Positions 9,730-18,576 are shown, numbered from the stretch's first letter. The stretch is 64,000 nucleotides of DNA from an uncultured Pseudomonadota bacterium (GCA_949292335.1 CASEYY010000040.1:4885-68884), one strand, 5' to 3'. Notes: generated by a model not told the origin, from the letters alone. Program-made: numbers and translations.

Positions 9730-11494
9730 TGCCCAAGTCTTTCAAAGCCATTGCGTTTTCTCTGGTCGAGCGCGCCTGCGTTTCGGCAATCTGCGCCTGC
9801 ATCATCTGCGCCTGCGCCTGCGCCTGCGCCTCAATCTGTTTCTTAAACTCGTTTTCGGACACAATGTTGTCTTTAAGTCCCAGAGCTTTCGTAACATCAT
9901 CCAAAAGCTTATACCAGTTAATCGCCGAGGCAATCTGCGGATTAACCGCCATCAGCGCCGTAATAACATTAATCAGCTTAAGCAGGTCTTCAACCTTTTC
10001 ACCTTGCCCCAGCTTATCAACATCATTGTTGAACTTAATCTTATACCAGGGCTTGCCCTCTTTAATGCACTCAACCACGGCATCCGGCACAATTCGCTCC
10101 TGCCTGCCGCTTTCGATAATCTCGGCAATTCTTTCTTCATCGGTCGGGTCAACGCCCAAAACGCCTTTTTTCATACAAATCGACACGCAGCGTCTAATTA
10201 GCGGCTCAAATAACTCGGTCTTTTGTTGCAAAATCATACCCGACAAGGAGCGACCGCGAATCGAGAACCTCTGCAGGCTTTCGGTCGCGGTCATGTCGGA
10301 GTTAGCGGAAAAATCAAGCAAAATATCAATCTTAAAAGCTGTCGCAATCTTTTCATTGAGGTAAGGCACCAGCCAGTTGACCAAGGCGCTCGGGTCGCCC
10401 ACATCCTGCATCGGGATAATCGGGTTTTGGCCGTTTAGCTGCGCCGCATTAAACACCGTCAAACCGTTTTCAGACGTATCAATCACATCATCGCCAAACA
10501 GTGCGGCAGATAAGACACCAATCGGCGGGCGCACCATTTTAGCCATCGCCACCATGCAATCAGAAACCGCCTGATTAATACAGCGTATGGATGAGATAAG
10601 CATTGTGCCGGAGGCTCTGCCATAAACCTCACCGCGGATTTTAATTGCCCTGGCAACCGGTATCGGCATATCCTGATAATCTTCGGTGTGGAAAAACTTG
10701 TTTTCGCTTTTATCAAACCAATAGCCGATGTATTTGCAGCCTTTTTTGCCCAGGGCACCCGGGGTAAAGTCATCGCGCGGCACAATCCCCTGCACAATCG
10801 TAAATATCTGGTTAAGATTTTGCGCTTTCCAAGCTGCCTGAATCTTTTTCGGCAGGCGGTTAAACATTTCCTCGTCAAATCCGTCGGCTTTGTCGCAAAA
10901 TTCGGACACAACACGATTTGTCCGCCATTGATAGGTGTTAAATACCACCTCAACCAGCCCGTTTTTACCCTCGTCAATGCACAGACTGTCAACCCCGTAT
11001 TCCTTAAACAAAAGAACATTGGTGTCATAGCCTCGGCCATATGCCGAGTTCGGAAAAGCACCCACGCCGGACGTGCCGAATGCCTGCTGATCATAAAGAT
11101 AAGCCCCTAAAGCCGAGTTTAATCCGGCATTCGGGTGATTCATCTGGCTCAACAGCTGATTGGTTGCGTATTCATACCACGGCTCGACGGCTGATTTGTC
11201 AACCATCTGCAAAATATCATCGGTCGGCTCCAGAGATATGGCATCATTGCCGTTTCCCCACATAATTCCTTTGAGATAATCTGCCGACTGCTGGACAGAC
11301 AATGACGCTGTCGGGTCTTCGGTAAACTTGTCCAAATCCTCATTGGCGTTTACCTGTCCCTCGTTATAATACTGCTGCGGGCGCACGCGAATACCGACAT
11401 ATTTAGCCGTTTCTTCCCAGCGGCTGACATAGCGGTCGCGCTCGGCGCATAGCTCATTATAACGTTTTTTTATGTTTTCAAAGGTGTTTTTCAC
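9722..11494 (-). CDS. Portal (head-tail connector) protein
   Basis: 590-aa ORF downstream of terL, with podovirus portal size and an (AQ)n C-terminal tail. Confidence 0.75.
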   Translation of the reverse strand: MKNTFENIKKRYNELCAERDRYVSRWEETAKYVGIRVRPQQYYNEGQVNANEDLDKFTEDPTASLSVQQSADYLKGIMWGNGNDAISLEPTDDILQMVDKSAVEPWYEYATNQLLSQMNHPNAGLNSALGAYLYDQQAFGTSGVGAFPNSAYGRGYDTNVLLFKEYGVDSLCIDEGKNGLVEVVFNTYQWRTNRVVSEFCDKADGFDEEMFNRLPKKIQAAWKAQNLNQIFTIVQGIVPRDDFTPGALGKKGCKYIGYWFDKSENKFFHTEDYQDMPIPVARAIKIRGEVYGRASGTMLISSIRCINQAVSDCMVAMAKMVRPPIGVLSAALFGDDVIDTSENGLTVFNAAQLNGQNPIIPMQDVGDPSALVNWLVPYLNEKIATAFKIDILLDFSANSDMTATESLQRFSIRGRSLSGMILQQKTELFEPLIRRCVSICMKKGVLGVDPTDEERIAEIIESGRQERIVPDAVVECIKEGKPWYKIKFNNDVDKLGQGEKVEDLLKLINVITALMAVNPQIASAINWYKLLDDVTKALGLKDNIVSENEFKKQIEAQAQAQAQMMQAQIAETQARSTRENAMALKDLGNE

Positions 11495-11573
11495 TTAGAT
11501 TTGCCCTCTGCCTTTGTGAATGATGTCGCCTTTTTCATCCGACGACCGACTGACGGTTACATCTGCCATGTTT

Positions 11574-11765
11574 TTAGTTCCCGAATAAGTTTTTACGTTT
11601 TTGGCCGAAAGTTCCGGCTTTCTCGTTGCTTGAATAGCTGGTTCTCTGGTCAACCGCTTCTTCACGCGTTGCAAATGTTTGCTTTATTCCTTCATAGTCA
11701 AACGGCTTCATCGAAACCTCTTTGCCGTGCTTATCCCATCTTTTAATGTCTATAGCGCTGCCCAT
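11574..11765 (-). CDS. Small basic phage protein ending KRKNLFGN (paralog 3 of 3)
   Basis: 63-aa ORF that shares DxHG...F.T.EEA.D.R.SYS...KRKN(L/I)FGN with the next ORF. Confidence 0.5.
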   Translation of the reverse strand: MGSAIDIKRWDKHGKEVSMKPFDYEGIKQTFATREEAVDQRTSYSSNEKAGTFGQKRKNLFGN

Positions 11766-11768
11766 CGC

Positions 11769-12002
11769 CTAATTCCCGAAAATGTTTTTGCGTTTATTAC
11801 CCAAAATACCGTAGACATTATCATCACTGTAAGAATATCTGCGGTCTAACGCTTCATCCTGCGTGTCAAATACCTCGCCGCGATAAGCCTCTTTAATTTG
11901 CTCGCCGTGCTCGTCAAATTTGCCGATATTTTCCTCACCGGGAACCGGCAAATTAGCTTTACGTCTTCCTCTCACTCTTCTTCTAAAATTTCCAACTATC
12001 AT
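11769..12002 (-). CDS. Small basic phage protein ending KRKNIFGN (paralog 2 of 3)
   Basis: 77-aa ORF that aligns by eye with 11574-11765 across the C-terminal 50 residues. Confidence 0.5.
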   Translation of the reverse strand: MIVGNFRRRVRGRRKANLPVPGEENIGKFDEHGEQIKEAYRGEVFDTQDEALDRRYSYSDDNVYGILGNKRKNIFGN

Positions 12003-12006
12003 CTTT

Positions 12007-12297
12007 TTAATTCCCGAATAAATTGCCGCGCGAGCTCTCGCCGACTTGGTTAACTTCTTGCCCTAAAGCGCCGCCTTTGGTCGCATACAAAGCGCGCCGC
12101 TTGTTGGCATTCTTCTTTTTATCCTCAGCCACCTGTTCGGCTGCCGAAGTGTCCGCCTTGGGGTCGCCGCCCAACAAATTATCGGCCAGCCCCAAGGTAA
12201 TACCGTTAACAAGGTCGCCTAAAAAACCACCGCCACCCATTTTACCTCCTTTAAAATTTAGAAAAGCTCCGCCGCGTAACGCGAACCGGAGCCCCAC
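12007..12297 (-). CDS. Small Gly/Lys-rich phage protein ending RGNLFGN (paralog 1 of 3)
   Basis: 96-aa ORF with the same LFGN C-terminus. It overlaps the terL 3' end by 47 nt. Confidence 0.45.
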   Translation of the reverse strand: MGLRFALRGGAFLNFKGGKMGGGGFLGDLVNGITLGLADNLLGGDPKADTSAAEQVAEDKKKNANKRRALYATKGGALGQEVNQVGESSRGNLFGN

Positions 12298-13573
12298 CGT
12301 AGTTAATACCGTCCTTTAAACAAGTCTTAATGCAAAACACTGCCATCATCAGGCTGTCCGCCCTGTCCGGCGAATGTATGCCCTCTTTGCGCATCTCGTC
12401 CTTGCTCATAATCATTCTTTCGCCATTGGATTTATATTTAAACCTGATTTGCTCAAGCTCTTTTTCCGTTTCCGGCGAGTTCATAATAATCCATTCGTTG
12501 TCTATATATTCTTTTAGCGTATAATAACCCCATGCTCTTTTATTGCCGTATTCCGGCGGAACACCCTGTTGTTCGGCACCGTCAAACGGATTAATCCGAA
12601 TGCCGAGTTCCTGCAGCCGGTTGTAAACCACATATCCCATACCGCCAATGTCCAGCATGGCGGAAGTCGGCTTAAACTTGCCGATTAAATCAACAATCTT
12701 ACCGATTGAGACCATACTGTCCGGCTCGCTCCAGGCTTCCTGTGCCACAACCTGCCACTGTGTCAAACTGACGCGGTCAAGCACGGTTGCAACAGTCAAG
12801 TCGCTTCCCTTGGCGGCAAAATCTATTCCCATCACCCGCTGCGGCGCATAAATATCGCCAAAGGAAGTAATAAGCTTCATTCTCGCCACTTTGTCGGCAT
12901 TAAACAAGAAGTCGTCCGCCTGCGCTAAGGGCTCGCCAAGCCAAATATGCCGATAATCCGCTTCATTAAGCCTCTTGCAAATTTCGGCTTCTTCAATCAG
13001 CTCTTTGGTGCAAAACGGATTTTCAAAATAATCAATATGAATATGCAAGCAATTCGGACGGCTCAGGCAAAACTCATAAGCCGGGTCGCTTCGTATAAAC
13101 CGGTTCATCGAAAACCAGATAACCGAGTTTTCTTTTCTGATTGTCGGAATAACAACGTCAATCGTGCGCTTGGTTAAGGTCTGCGCCTCGTCAATCCAGA
13201 CAATGTCAAAGCCCTCCATACCTTTGGTGTTTTCCACCCCTTGTTCACGAAATCCGCGAAATATAATTTCCGAACCAGTTATGTTGTGAACAATCTTGTT
13301 TGATAAAATAGTAAAATTTAACTTATAAGCCTTAATCAGGTCAACCAATAACCGGTAAACCGATTCTTCAATCGAGTTCTGCGTTTCTCTGCCGCAGCAG
13401 ACGCGCACCTTACGTTTCTCGCACACATACAATACCAGCCGGCCAAATGCCTGACTCTTGCCGCTGCCGCGCCCGCCGTCAGACAAATAATAGCGATATT
13501 TGCCCAAGTTTGTCAGAAACGGCATCAGCTTCGGCGGCAGGTTAAGTATCTGCGGAACCTCTAACATCTTCAC
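12251..13573 (-). CDS. terL: Terminase large subunit
   Basis: Walker A GGRGSGKS, a Walker B-like VWIDEA, and a C-terminal nuclease-like half; 440 aa. Confidence 0.85.
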   Translation of the reverse strand: MKMLEVPQILNLPPKLMPFLTNLGKYRYYLSDGGRGSGKSQAFGRLVLYVCEKRKVRVCCGRETQNSIEESVYRLLVDLIKAYKLNFTILSNKIVHNITGSEIIFRGFREQGVENTKGMEGFDIVWIDEAQTLTKRTIDVVIPTIRKENSVIWFSMNRFIRSDPAYEFCLSRPNCLHIHIDYFENPFCTKELIEEAEICKRLNEADYRHIWLGEPLAQADDFLFNADKVARMKLITSFGDIYAPQRVMGIDFAAKGSDLTVATVLDRVSLTQWQVVAQEAWSEPDSMVSIGKIVDLIGKFKPTSAMLDIGGMGYVVYNRLQELGIRINPFDGAEQQGVPPEYGNKRAWGYYTLKEYIDNEWIIMNSPETEKELEQIRFKYKSNGERMIMSKDEMRKEGIHSPDRADSLMMAVFCIKTCLKDGINYGGAPVRVTRRSFSKF

Positions 13574-13904
13574 CTATATTCGGCACAAAATCCTTGCCGT
13601 CAATCTTAACGCTCGGCATCACATTAACATTGGCATTCATATTAACATCTTGCACATCTTTAGGCTTCTCGCCGATTGTATCGCGGATAACCTCAAACAC
13701 CTTGGGACTAAACTCGCCGGATATAAGCGCACGGCAGACATCTTCCTGCGTGTTTCCGGCCTCAAGCAAAGCTAGCAGCGTCTCTTTAAGTTCTCTGCGC
13801 TTTCTCTGGGCGGCATTCGAGGCTTCGGCTCCCATTTGGCGGATTCTGCGCGCGTCTTTTTTGGAGCGCTTATTAAAAGGTATCAAATTCTGCTCATTTG
13901 CCAT
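13542..13904 (-). CDS. terS: Terminase small subunit
   Basis: 120-aa basic N-terminus (NKRSKKDARRIRQMGAEASNAAQRKRR), directly upstream of and overlapping terL. Confidence 0.55.
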   Translation of the reverse strand: MANEQNLIPFNKRSKKDARRIRQMGAEASNAAQRKRRELKETLLALLEAGNTQEDVCRALISGEFSPKVFEVIRDTIGEKPKDVQDVNMNANVNVMPSVKIDGKDFVPNIGEDVRGSADT

Positions 13905-14002
13905 TTTGTCTATAAAATCCGCATAATTAAGGTATCCGCCTAGACGGCAGATTGAAACTAACTTGTTGATTTTGTGTGATTTTAAATTTTATTAACTTTT
14001 AG

Positions 14003-14037
14003 ACAAAAGAGCCGGTCAAAAGGGGGGTTCCGGCTCT
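14003..14037 (-). terminator. Intrinsic terminator 2 between rha and terS
   Basis: Minus-strand hairpin agagccgg / ccggctct followed by cttttgtct. Confidence 0.45.
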
Positions 14038-14063
14038 CACAGGTCTTTTTTGGAGTTATCGTA

Positions 14064-14100
14064 TGAAAAAAGGTGAATGAATAAAGCCTATTCATCCACC
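14064..14100 (-). terminator. Strong intrinsic terminator 1 between rha and terS
   Basis: Minus-strand 12-bp stem ggtggatgaata / tattcattcacc (one mismatch), 5-nt loop, then a T6 run. Confidence 0.65.
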
Positions 14101-14143
14101 ATAACAATATTTATACACGCAAGTGACACCTCTTGTCAAGAGG

Positions 14144-14734
14144 TTATTTTAAAGCTTGCTTAATTGTGAGTAATTTTGTTTTAAGAGATTCGTTTTCTCT
14201 TGTCAGTTCGCGCAGATTGTCAAAAACCTTTTTCTGGCGTGTGGCAAACCAATGGTGCAAACATAACATAAGATCACTGTCGGACACTTCGCCGCGAATA
14301 TGCAAATCAGACGTCAGACATTTGTCAAATATTTTTTCCAACTCATCACGGATAGCGACAGCGGCGCAACGTTTGACAATACCGCCTATGGCTTTAGTAT
14401 CAACAATTTTTTGCCTCAACAGCGCTTCCATACGATTAAACTCGGAAATATATCGTAATTTGAATTCGAGAGCCTTCTTTCCCGTAAATCCCATGGCCAA
14501 TAAAGTAAAACCGTCTCTGGTAACAATATATTGTTTTTGCTCCTTTCCTTGCAAATTTATATAAGACGACAGCACAAAATTGCGCCGTCCTGTATCTTCC
14601 AAATTACGCAAATCGCCAATAATATTATTAATTGCGCGAATAACAGTTTTATGCTCTTTGCCAAACACCTCGGCAATTTTTACCGAAGTTGTAACCGGTT
14701 GATTGTTTTCGCTTAATGTAACTAAATCCAACAT
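14144..14734 (-). CDS. rha: Rha-family phage regulatory protein
   Basis: The N-terminus (VTTSVKIAEVFGKEHKTVIRAI...YIVTRDGFTLLAMGFTGKKALEFK) matches the Phage_pRha pattern. Confidence 0.8.
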   Translation of the reverse strand: MLDLVTLSENNQPVTTSVKIAEVFGKEHKTVIRAINNIIGDLRNLEDTGRRNFVLSSYINLQGKEQKQYIVTRDGFTLLAMGFTGKKALEFKLRYISEFNRMEALLRQKIVDTKAIGGIVKRCAAVAIRDELEKIFDKCLTSDLHIRGEVSDSDLMLCLHHWFATRQKKVFDNLRELTRENESLKTKLLTIKQALK

Positions 14735-14938
14735 TTCTTTTGTCCTTTTTGTAGAAGTTCCTAGTTCAGCTAGGTCTGGGGGCTACAAACCTGACAAAAG
14801 AACAGGCGGAGTTATTCAATATATTCCTCGCACCCCCAGATAAAACGCGTTTAAACAAACAAGGTCAACAACAATGTTTAAAAAAAACACACTATCGGGC
14901 GTGCAACCGCTTTTGTAGAGTTTGTAGCTCTATTTATT

Positions 14939-14967
14939 ATATTAAAATATTTTATATAATATGTCAA
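14939..14967 (-). promoter_or_regulatory. Sigma70-type promoter reading leftwards into a ~200-nt leader and rha
   Basis: Minus strand reads TTGACA, a 17-nt spacer, then TAATAT. Confidence 0.5.
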
Positions 14968-14969
14968 CT

Positions 14970-15323
14970 TTATTGTTTTCTAATTAAATTATCTTTTTTT
15001 TGTTTGCGCGCTTTTATAATATCCAAAAATAAAGCCATTACCACCATTGCAAAAATGACAAAACGATATGTTACTATAATAGCAAAAGCCCAATTGTAAC
15101 TCGGAAGAAAATAAATTCCATATAAAGCTAAAGGATAAAATATTGCGATGTTAAAAGGTATTATGAATAAAAAAGCCATGATAAAGGCGCATAAAACAAA
15201 CTCAAAAGAAAACCAACTGTCATATCCGCCTAATAATTCGTCTAATCCCCAATAGGCAAAAAAATACAAAAGAATAGTAGAAACCCAGTAAAGCGCCCCC
15301 GAAAACAAATAAAATATCTTCAT
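14970..15323 (-). CDS. Small multi-pass membrane protein (AT-rich moron)
   Basis: 117 aa with about 4 hydrophobic segments and a Lys-rich tail. Visibly more AT-rich than the flanking phage genes. Confidence 0.55.
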   Translation of the reverse strand: MKIFYLFSGALYWVSTILLYFFAYWGLDELLGGYDSWFSFEFVLCAFIMAFLFIIPFNIAIFYPLALYGIYFLPSYNWAFAIIVTYRFVIFAMVVMALFLDIIKARKQKKDNLIRKQ

Positions 15324-15679
15324 TTTTTCCCTCTCTTATAAAAAAAAGCGCAATATAAAATAAAAAATATTGTTGCTAAATTAATAAATAACCAAACATC
15401 CCGCTCGAACCCAACTTTTATGATTGGGTTATACAAAAAAGCTATGAGAATAAGCACAATATTTACAAAAGAAAAGCGCTCCTGCTGATAACGCAGATAA
15501 AAAACATACCCCGCATACCCGCAAACACACAACCTTAACAGCGTATAATAACCATAGGGCATAGGCAAAAGGCCCAGCACTAATAAACAGCTAGTGACCG
15601 ATGTTAAATTTCTAACTACTTTATCCATTATTTGTGATTCTCTTTTTTTCAGCTTATTTTCCAAATCCTTAAGAGTCAA
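15320..15679 (-). CDS. Small multi-pass membrane protein (AT-rich moron)
   Basis: 119 aa with about 4 hydrophobic segments. It has 4-nt overlaps with both neighbours. Confidence 0.55.
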   Translation of the reverse strand: MTLKDLENKLKKRESQIMDKVVRNLTSVTSCLLVLGLLPMPYGYYTLLRLCVCGYAGYVFYLRYQQERFSFVNIVLILIAFLYNPIIKVGFERDVWLFINLATIFFILYCAFFYKRGKK

Positions 15680-16155
15680 TTAAAATTTTTCTTTTTGATG
15701 TAAAAATCGACCAGCCTGTCAAGCCCAAGCCGTAGCATATACTTGGCGTGATAGCGGTCATAAAGCCTTTTGCGACCTTTCTCTTTTGTGGACAAAGGCT
15801 CGTCGTTTAGGCACACCCGCCGCACATAAGGCCAAAATTCCGCGGGAATCGCCTTTATCGCTTTTCTAAACCGGTCAGCCGCCGCCAAAGACGCTACCGA
15901 CTGGTTATAATCGCCGCAACCGTCAACCTTAACCTTGCTCACATCATTGGCCGACACACTCTCGATTCGGCTCAGGTAATAATCGCGATAAAGCCTTTGC
16001 CCTGCGCTCAGCCTGTCAGCCGACGAATACCGCCCGCCGTCCAAAACGCCCTGCGCCGCATACCGCTCCAGCGCGTTATAACGATAATACTTGCCGCCCT
16101 CGGTCTTAACCAGCCCTTTTTTTTCGGCATCCTGTTTGCTGACGTAATCCATCAA
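15676..16155 (-). CDS. Hypothetical phage early protein
   Basis: 159-aa ORF in the early operon with overlapping stop/start codons. Confidence 0.5.
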   Translation of the reverse strand: MMDYVSKQDAEKKGLVKTEGGKYYRYNALERYAAQGVLDGGRYSSADRLSAGQRLYRDYYLSRIESVSANDVSKVKVDGCGDYNQSVASLAAADRFRKAIKAIPAEFWPYVRRVCLNDEPLSTKEKGRKRLYDRYHAKYMLRLGLDRLVDFYIKKKNFN

Positions 16156-16961
16156 GCCCCCTCGCTTAAGTCAAAAATGTCATTATCGGCATAATGCGCG
16201 GCAATATAACCTCCGGCTCTGCTTGGGTTAACTTTCGGGGGATTCGCCTCAAGCTGATAATCCTTGCCGCAATAACTCCGGCAGACCTCAATAAGCGCGT
16301 TGTCAAAATCATTAAACAAACCTATCGCCATAGCTTTTTCGCAGCGCTCGGCAAAGCTTAACTTAGCCCATTCGCTCGCCGGTATCTCGCGGCTCAGCCT
16401 GTCTTCGGCAATAAGCCTTACCGCGCGGTTATAAACCGGAAACAGGTGACGGCAGTGCCCCTGGCGGATATCGCGAGCCATAAAATCAGCCGCATAATCT
16501 GTTCTGGCTTGCTTTGCACAACCTAAAACTTTCGGCTCAGTCCATTCGTGTCCTGACAAATCAACATCAGGCCATTGTTGCCGCGCCAGCCTCAAATAGC
16601 GCTCTCTTGCCTCAGCTCCCCATTTGTCGCCATGCTCGTCAGCGCATTTCAAAATCCTTGCCCGCAGCCCTTGTTTGGAATTATCGGACGTGTCAACCTT
16701 TTTGGCGGTTAAAACCGCGGTAATCTGCGCAACATTCGGACGGCTTTTAGAGTTTTTGAACTGCCAAAAATCATCAATCGCTGCCAAAATGTCCGCCAAG
16801 TCATAGGGCGCAAAAGCTTCCTCCCAGGCGCCAACCCTCTCAGGGTTGTTTTCCGCCATCCTCTCAATTTTGGCCAAATCAGGCTCGGCAACGTATAGCT
16901 CCTCAATGTGTTTCAAAATTTCCAAAGCTTTTTCCATTTTCCCCTCCGCTAGAACCAACAC
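16152..16961 (-). CDS. Possible helicase-loader-like replication protein
   Basis: 269 aa. The N-terminal W..AF.PYDLADILAAIDDFW.....RPNVAQI segment resembles G40P-loader-type domains; this is a weak call. Confidence 0.35.
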   Translation of the reverse strand: MLVLAEGKMEKALEILKHIEELYVAEPDLAKIERMAENNPERVGAWEEAFAPYDLADILAAIDDFWQFKNSKSRPNVAQITAVLTAKKVDTSDNSKQGLRARILKCADEHGDKWGAEARERYLRLARQQWPDVDLSGHEWTEPKVLGCAKQARTDYAADFMARDIRQGHCRHLFPVYNRAVRLIAEDRLSREIPASEWAKLSFAERCEKAMAIGLFNDFDNALIEVCRSYCGKDYQLEANPPKVNPSRAGGYIAAHYADNDIFDLSEGA

Positions 16962-17593
16962 TTCTCGCTGTCAACAAACTTCAAATCGCCGTCTTTTGAC
17001 CAATCCCAGGCAAGAATGGCGCGGTCAAAATCAACATATTTCAAACCCTTTGCATGGCAGGAGTTAATAAACTTTTCAACAACTTTTGGGATGTCAAGCC
17101 CTCGGTCTTTGAGCTTCTGGGCAGCCACCTCCCCAGGCTGCCAATCCAAAGGAACAAGCGTTTTGACCTTTTTCGGGCTTTGCGGGCATAACATACCGAC
17201 CGAAGAAATTTTAATTTCTGAGGGAGGTATGTTTATATTTTCCTGTTTCTTGTTTCCGTTTCTTGTTTCAAGAAAGGATTGACCACTTTGACCAACTTTG
17301 ACCTCTTTTTGACCTAACTCATTGTTATTTTGTCCTGTTTTGTCCTCACATTCTTTCTGTTTGTCCTCACTGTGCTGATTTTTACCTGTCGGATTATGAT
17401 TTCCTCCTCTTTTTTCATCTTTGTCCAAACTCGGGGTAATCGCAATTATCAAACTCTTGATAATCTGGTCGTCAGGCTCTTTGTCATTAAAAACATAATC
17501 GGTCAAAGCGTCATAAAATTTCAACCTTAAATCATCCGGCAAATTGTCGGCAATTTTTTTAAAATTCTCAAAAAATAAAAACCTGTCTCTCAT
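16949..17593 (-). CDS. Possible phage replication organizer/initiator
   Basis: 214 aa. N-terminal FLFFENFKKIADNLPDDLRLKFYDALTDYVF, a low-complexity linker, and a C-terminal basic domain. Confidence 0.35.
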   Translation of the reverse strand: MRDRFLFFENFKKIADNLPDDLRLKFYDALTDYVFNDKEPDDQIIKSLIIAITPSLDKDEKRGGNHNPTGKNQHSEDKQKECEDKTGQNNNELGQKEVKVGQSGQSFLETRNGNKKQENINIPPSEIKISSVGMLCPQSPKKVKTLVPLDWQPGEVAAQKLKDRGLDIPKVVEKFINSCHAKGLKYVDFDRAILAWDWSKDGDLKFVDSEKCWF

Positions 17594-17677
17594 TTCCGCC
17601 TCTTTATCTTTCTTTTCAGTTTGTTAATCTTACGGTGCATAATCCAGCAACTTATCATCCGGCACAGCTCAAACCAT

Positions 17678-17866
17678 CTATTTGCCATTTTGCAGCCTCC
17701 ATGCCGAGAATGCTTTAAGTTTGCGCTCAATTTCCGGTCGCTCACCTTTGTGCGTCATATACGCCCGCAACAGATTAAGCTCATAGCTGTAGACCATCTC
17801 TTGCCTTGTGTCATACCTCTTGGGCGTCGGCGAACCCTTAATCTTGTCAATCAACTTCCTCAACAT
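17678..17866 (-). CDS. Hypothetical phage protein
   Basis: 62-aa ORF in the operon that overlaps the upstream gene. Confidence 0.35.
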   Translation of the reverse strand: MLRKLIDKIKGSPTPKRYDTRQEMVYSYELNLLRAYMTHKGERPEIERKLKAFSAWRLQNGK

Positions 17867-18263
17867 GGCGATACACTCCGTCTTGATTAATCCATTGTCT
17901 GTTTACGTTAATGTCCATTTTGACGTCTCTGGCGGTCAAAATCTTGTCGTGCTCCGGCAGAGCGTCAATATATTGCCAGACAACGCGGCCAATCTTGCTT
18001 CTAAACCGATATTCCAAAATCGAGGCCACAATCGACACGTCCGCCATTTCCTCAATCCAGCGGTCAACATTAACGCCATATTCTTTGTCCGCCTCAATTA
18101 TCTCTTCTTCCAGCTTCTTAAGCTGCGCTTCCGCGGTCAGTCCGGCAAAAACCTCATAACTCCAATCCGTTATTCTGACGTCGCTCCATTTATATTTTTT
18201 CACGCTTAATACCCTCCATAAAATCAATGACATCTTGCTGACCGCGCCACAACAGATAATCAA
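17847..18263 (-). CDS. MazG-like nucleotide pyrophosphohydrolase (putative)
   Basis: LKKLEEEIIEA...WIEEMADVSIV matches the EExxE / ExxD pattern of all-alpha NTP-PPases. Confidence 0.45.
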   Translation of the reverse strand: MIICCGAVSKMSLILWRVLSVKKYKWSDVRITDWSYEVFAGLTAEAQLKKLEEEIIEADKEYGVNVDRWIEEMADVSIVASILEYRFRSKIGRVVWQYIDALPEHDKILTARDVKMDINVNRQWINQDGVYRHVEEVD

Positions 18264-18576
18264 AACCCAAACGCTCTACGTTTTTTTGAAAAATCTTTTG
18301 ACTTTCCTGCTGCGGCTTGTTGCCGTCCTTAAGCTCCGCAAACACCGCCACACCGCCAGGCAGCAACAAGATTAAATCCGCCACACCGGCAAGCGCTCCC
18401 TCTTTTTTCAGATAAGCGCCGGTTTTGGCGTCTCTTTTGCCGCCATTCGGAACCGCAAAGCAATAAACACCATTCCAGCGCAAATAATTAACCGCCCATG
18501 TTTGCAAACTGTGCTCACGGCTTTTCATTAAGCGCCTCCAATATCTTTTGTTTGCAGTCTTGCATAAACTCATCAA
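18190..18576 (-). CDS. VRR-NUC domain nuclease
   Basis: GVADLILLLPGG..VFAELKDGNKPQQESQKIF fits the D...ExK...Q core of VRR-NUC. Confidence 0.65.
   Translation of the reverse strand: MMSLCKTANKRYWRRLMKSREHSLQTWAVNYLRWNGVYCFAVPNGGKRDAKTGAYLKKEGALAGVADLILLLPGGVAVFAELKDGNKPQQESQKIFQKNVERLGFDYLLWRGQQDVIDFMEGIKREKI

Noticed and set aside
9806-9830. The (CTGCGC)4 microsatellite
   Set aside because: It lies in frame within the portal gene, encoding a QAQAQAQAQ tail. This is low-complexity coding sequence, and there is no evidence for phase variation.
9476-11110. Long plus-strand and alternative-frame ORFs (9476-10201, 9729-10364, 10483-11094, 10688-11110) overlapping the portal gene
   Set aside because: These are shadow ORFs inside a well-supported 590-aa portal gene. 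Their products are low-complexity or Cys/Arg-rich and lack RBS context. The same reasoning applies to 7038-7578, 23672-24097, 36420-38693, 45185-45695 and 53866-54519.
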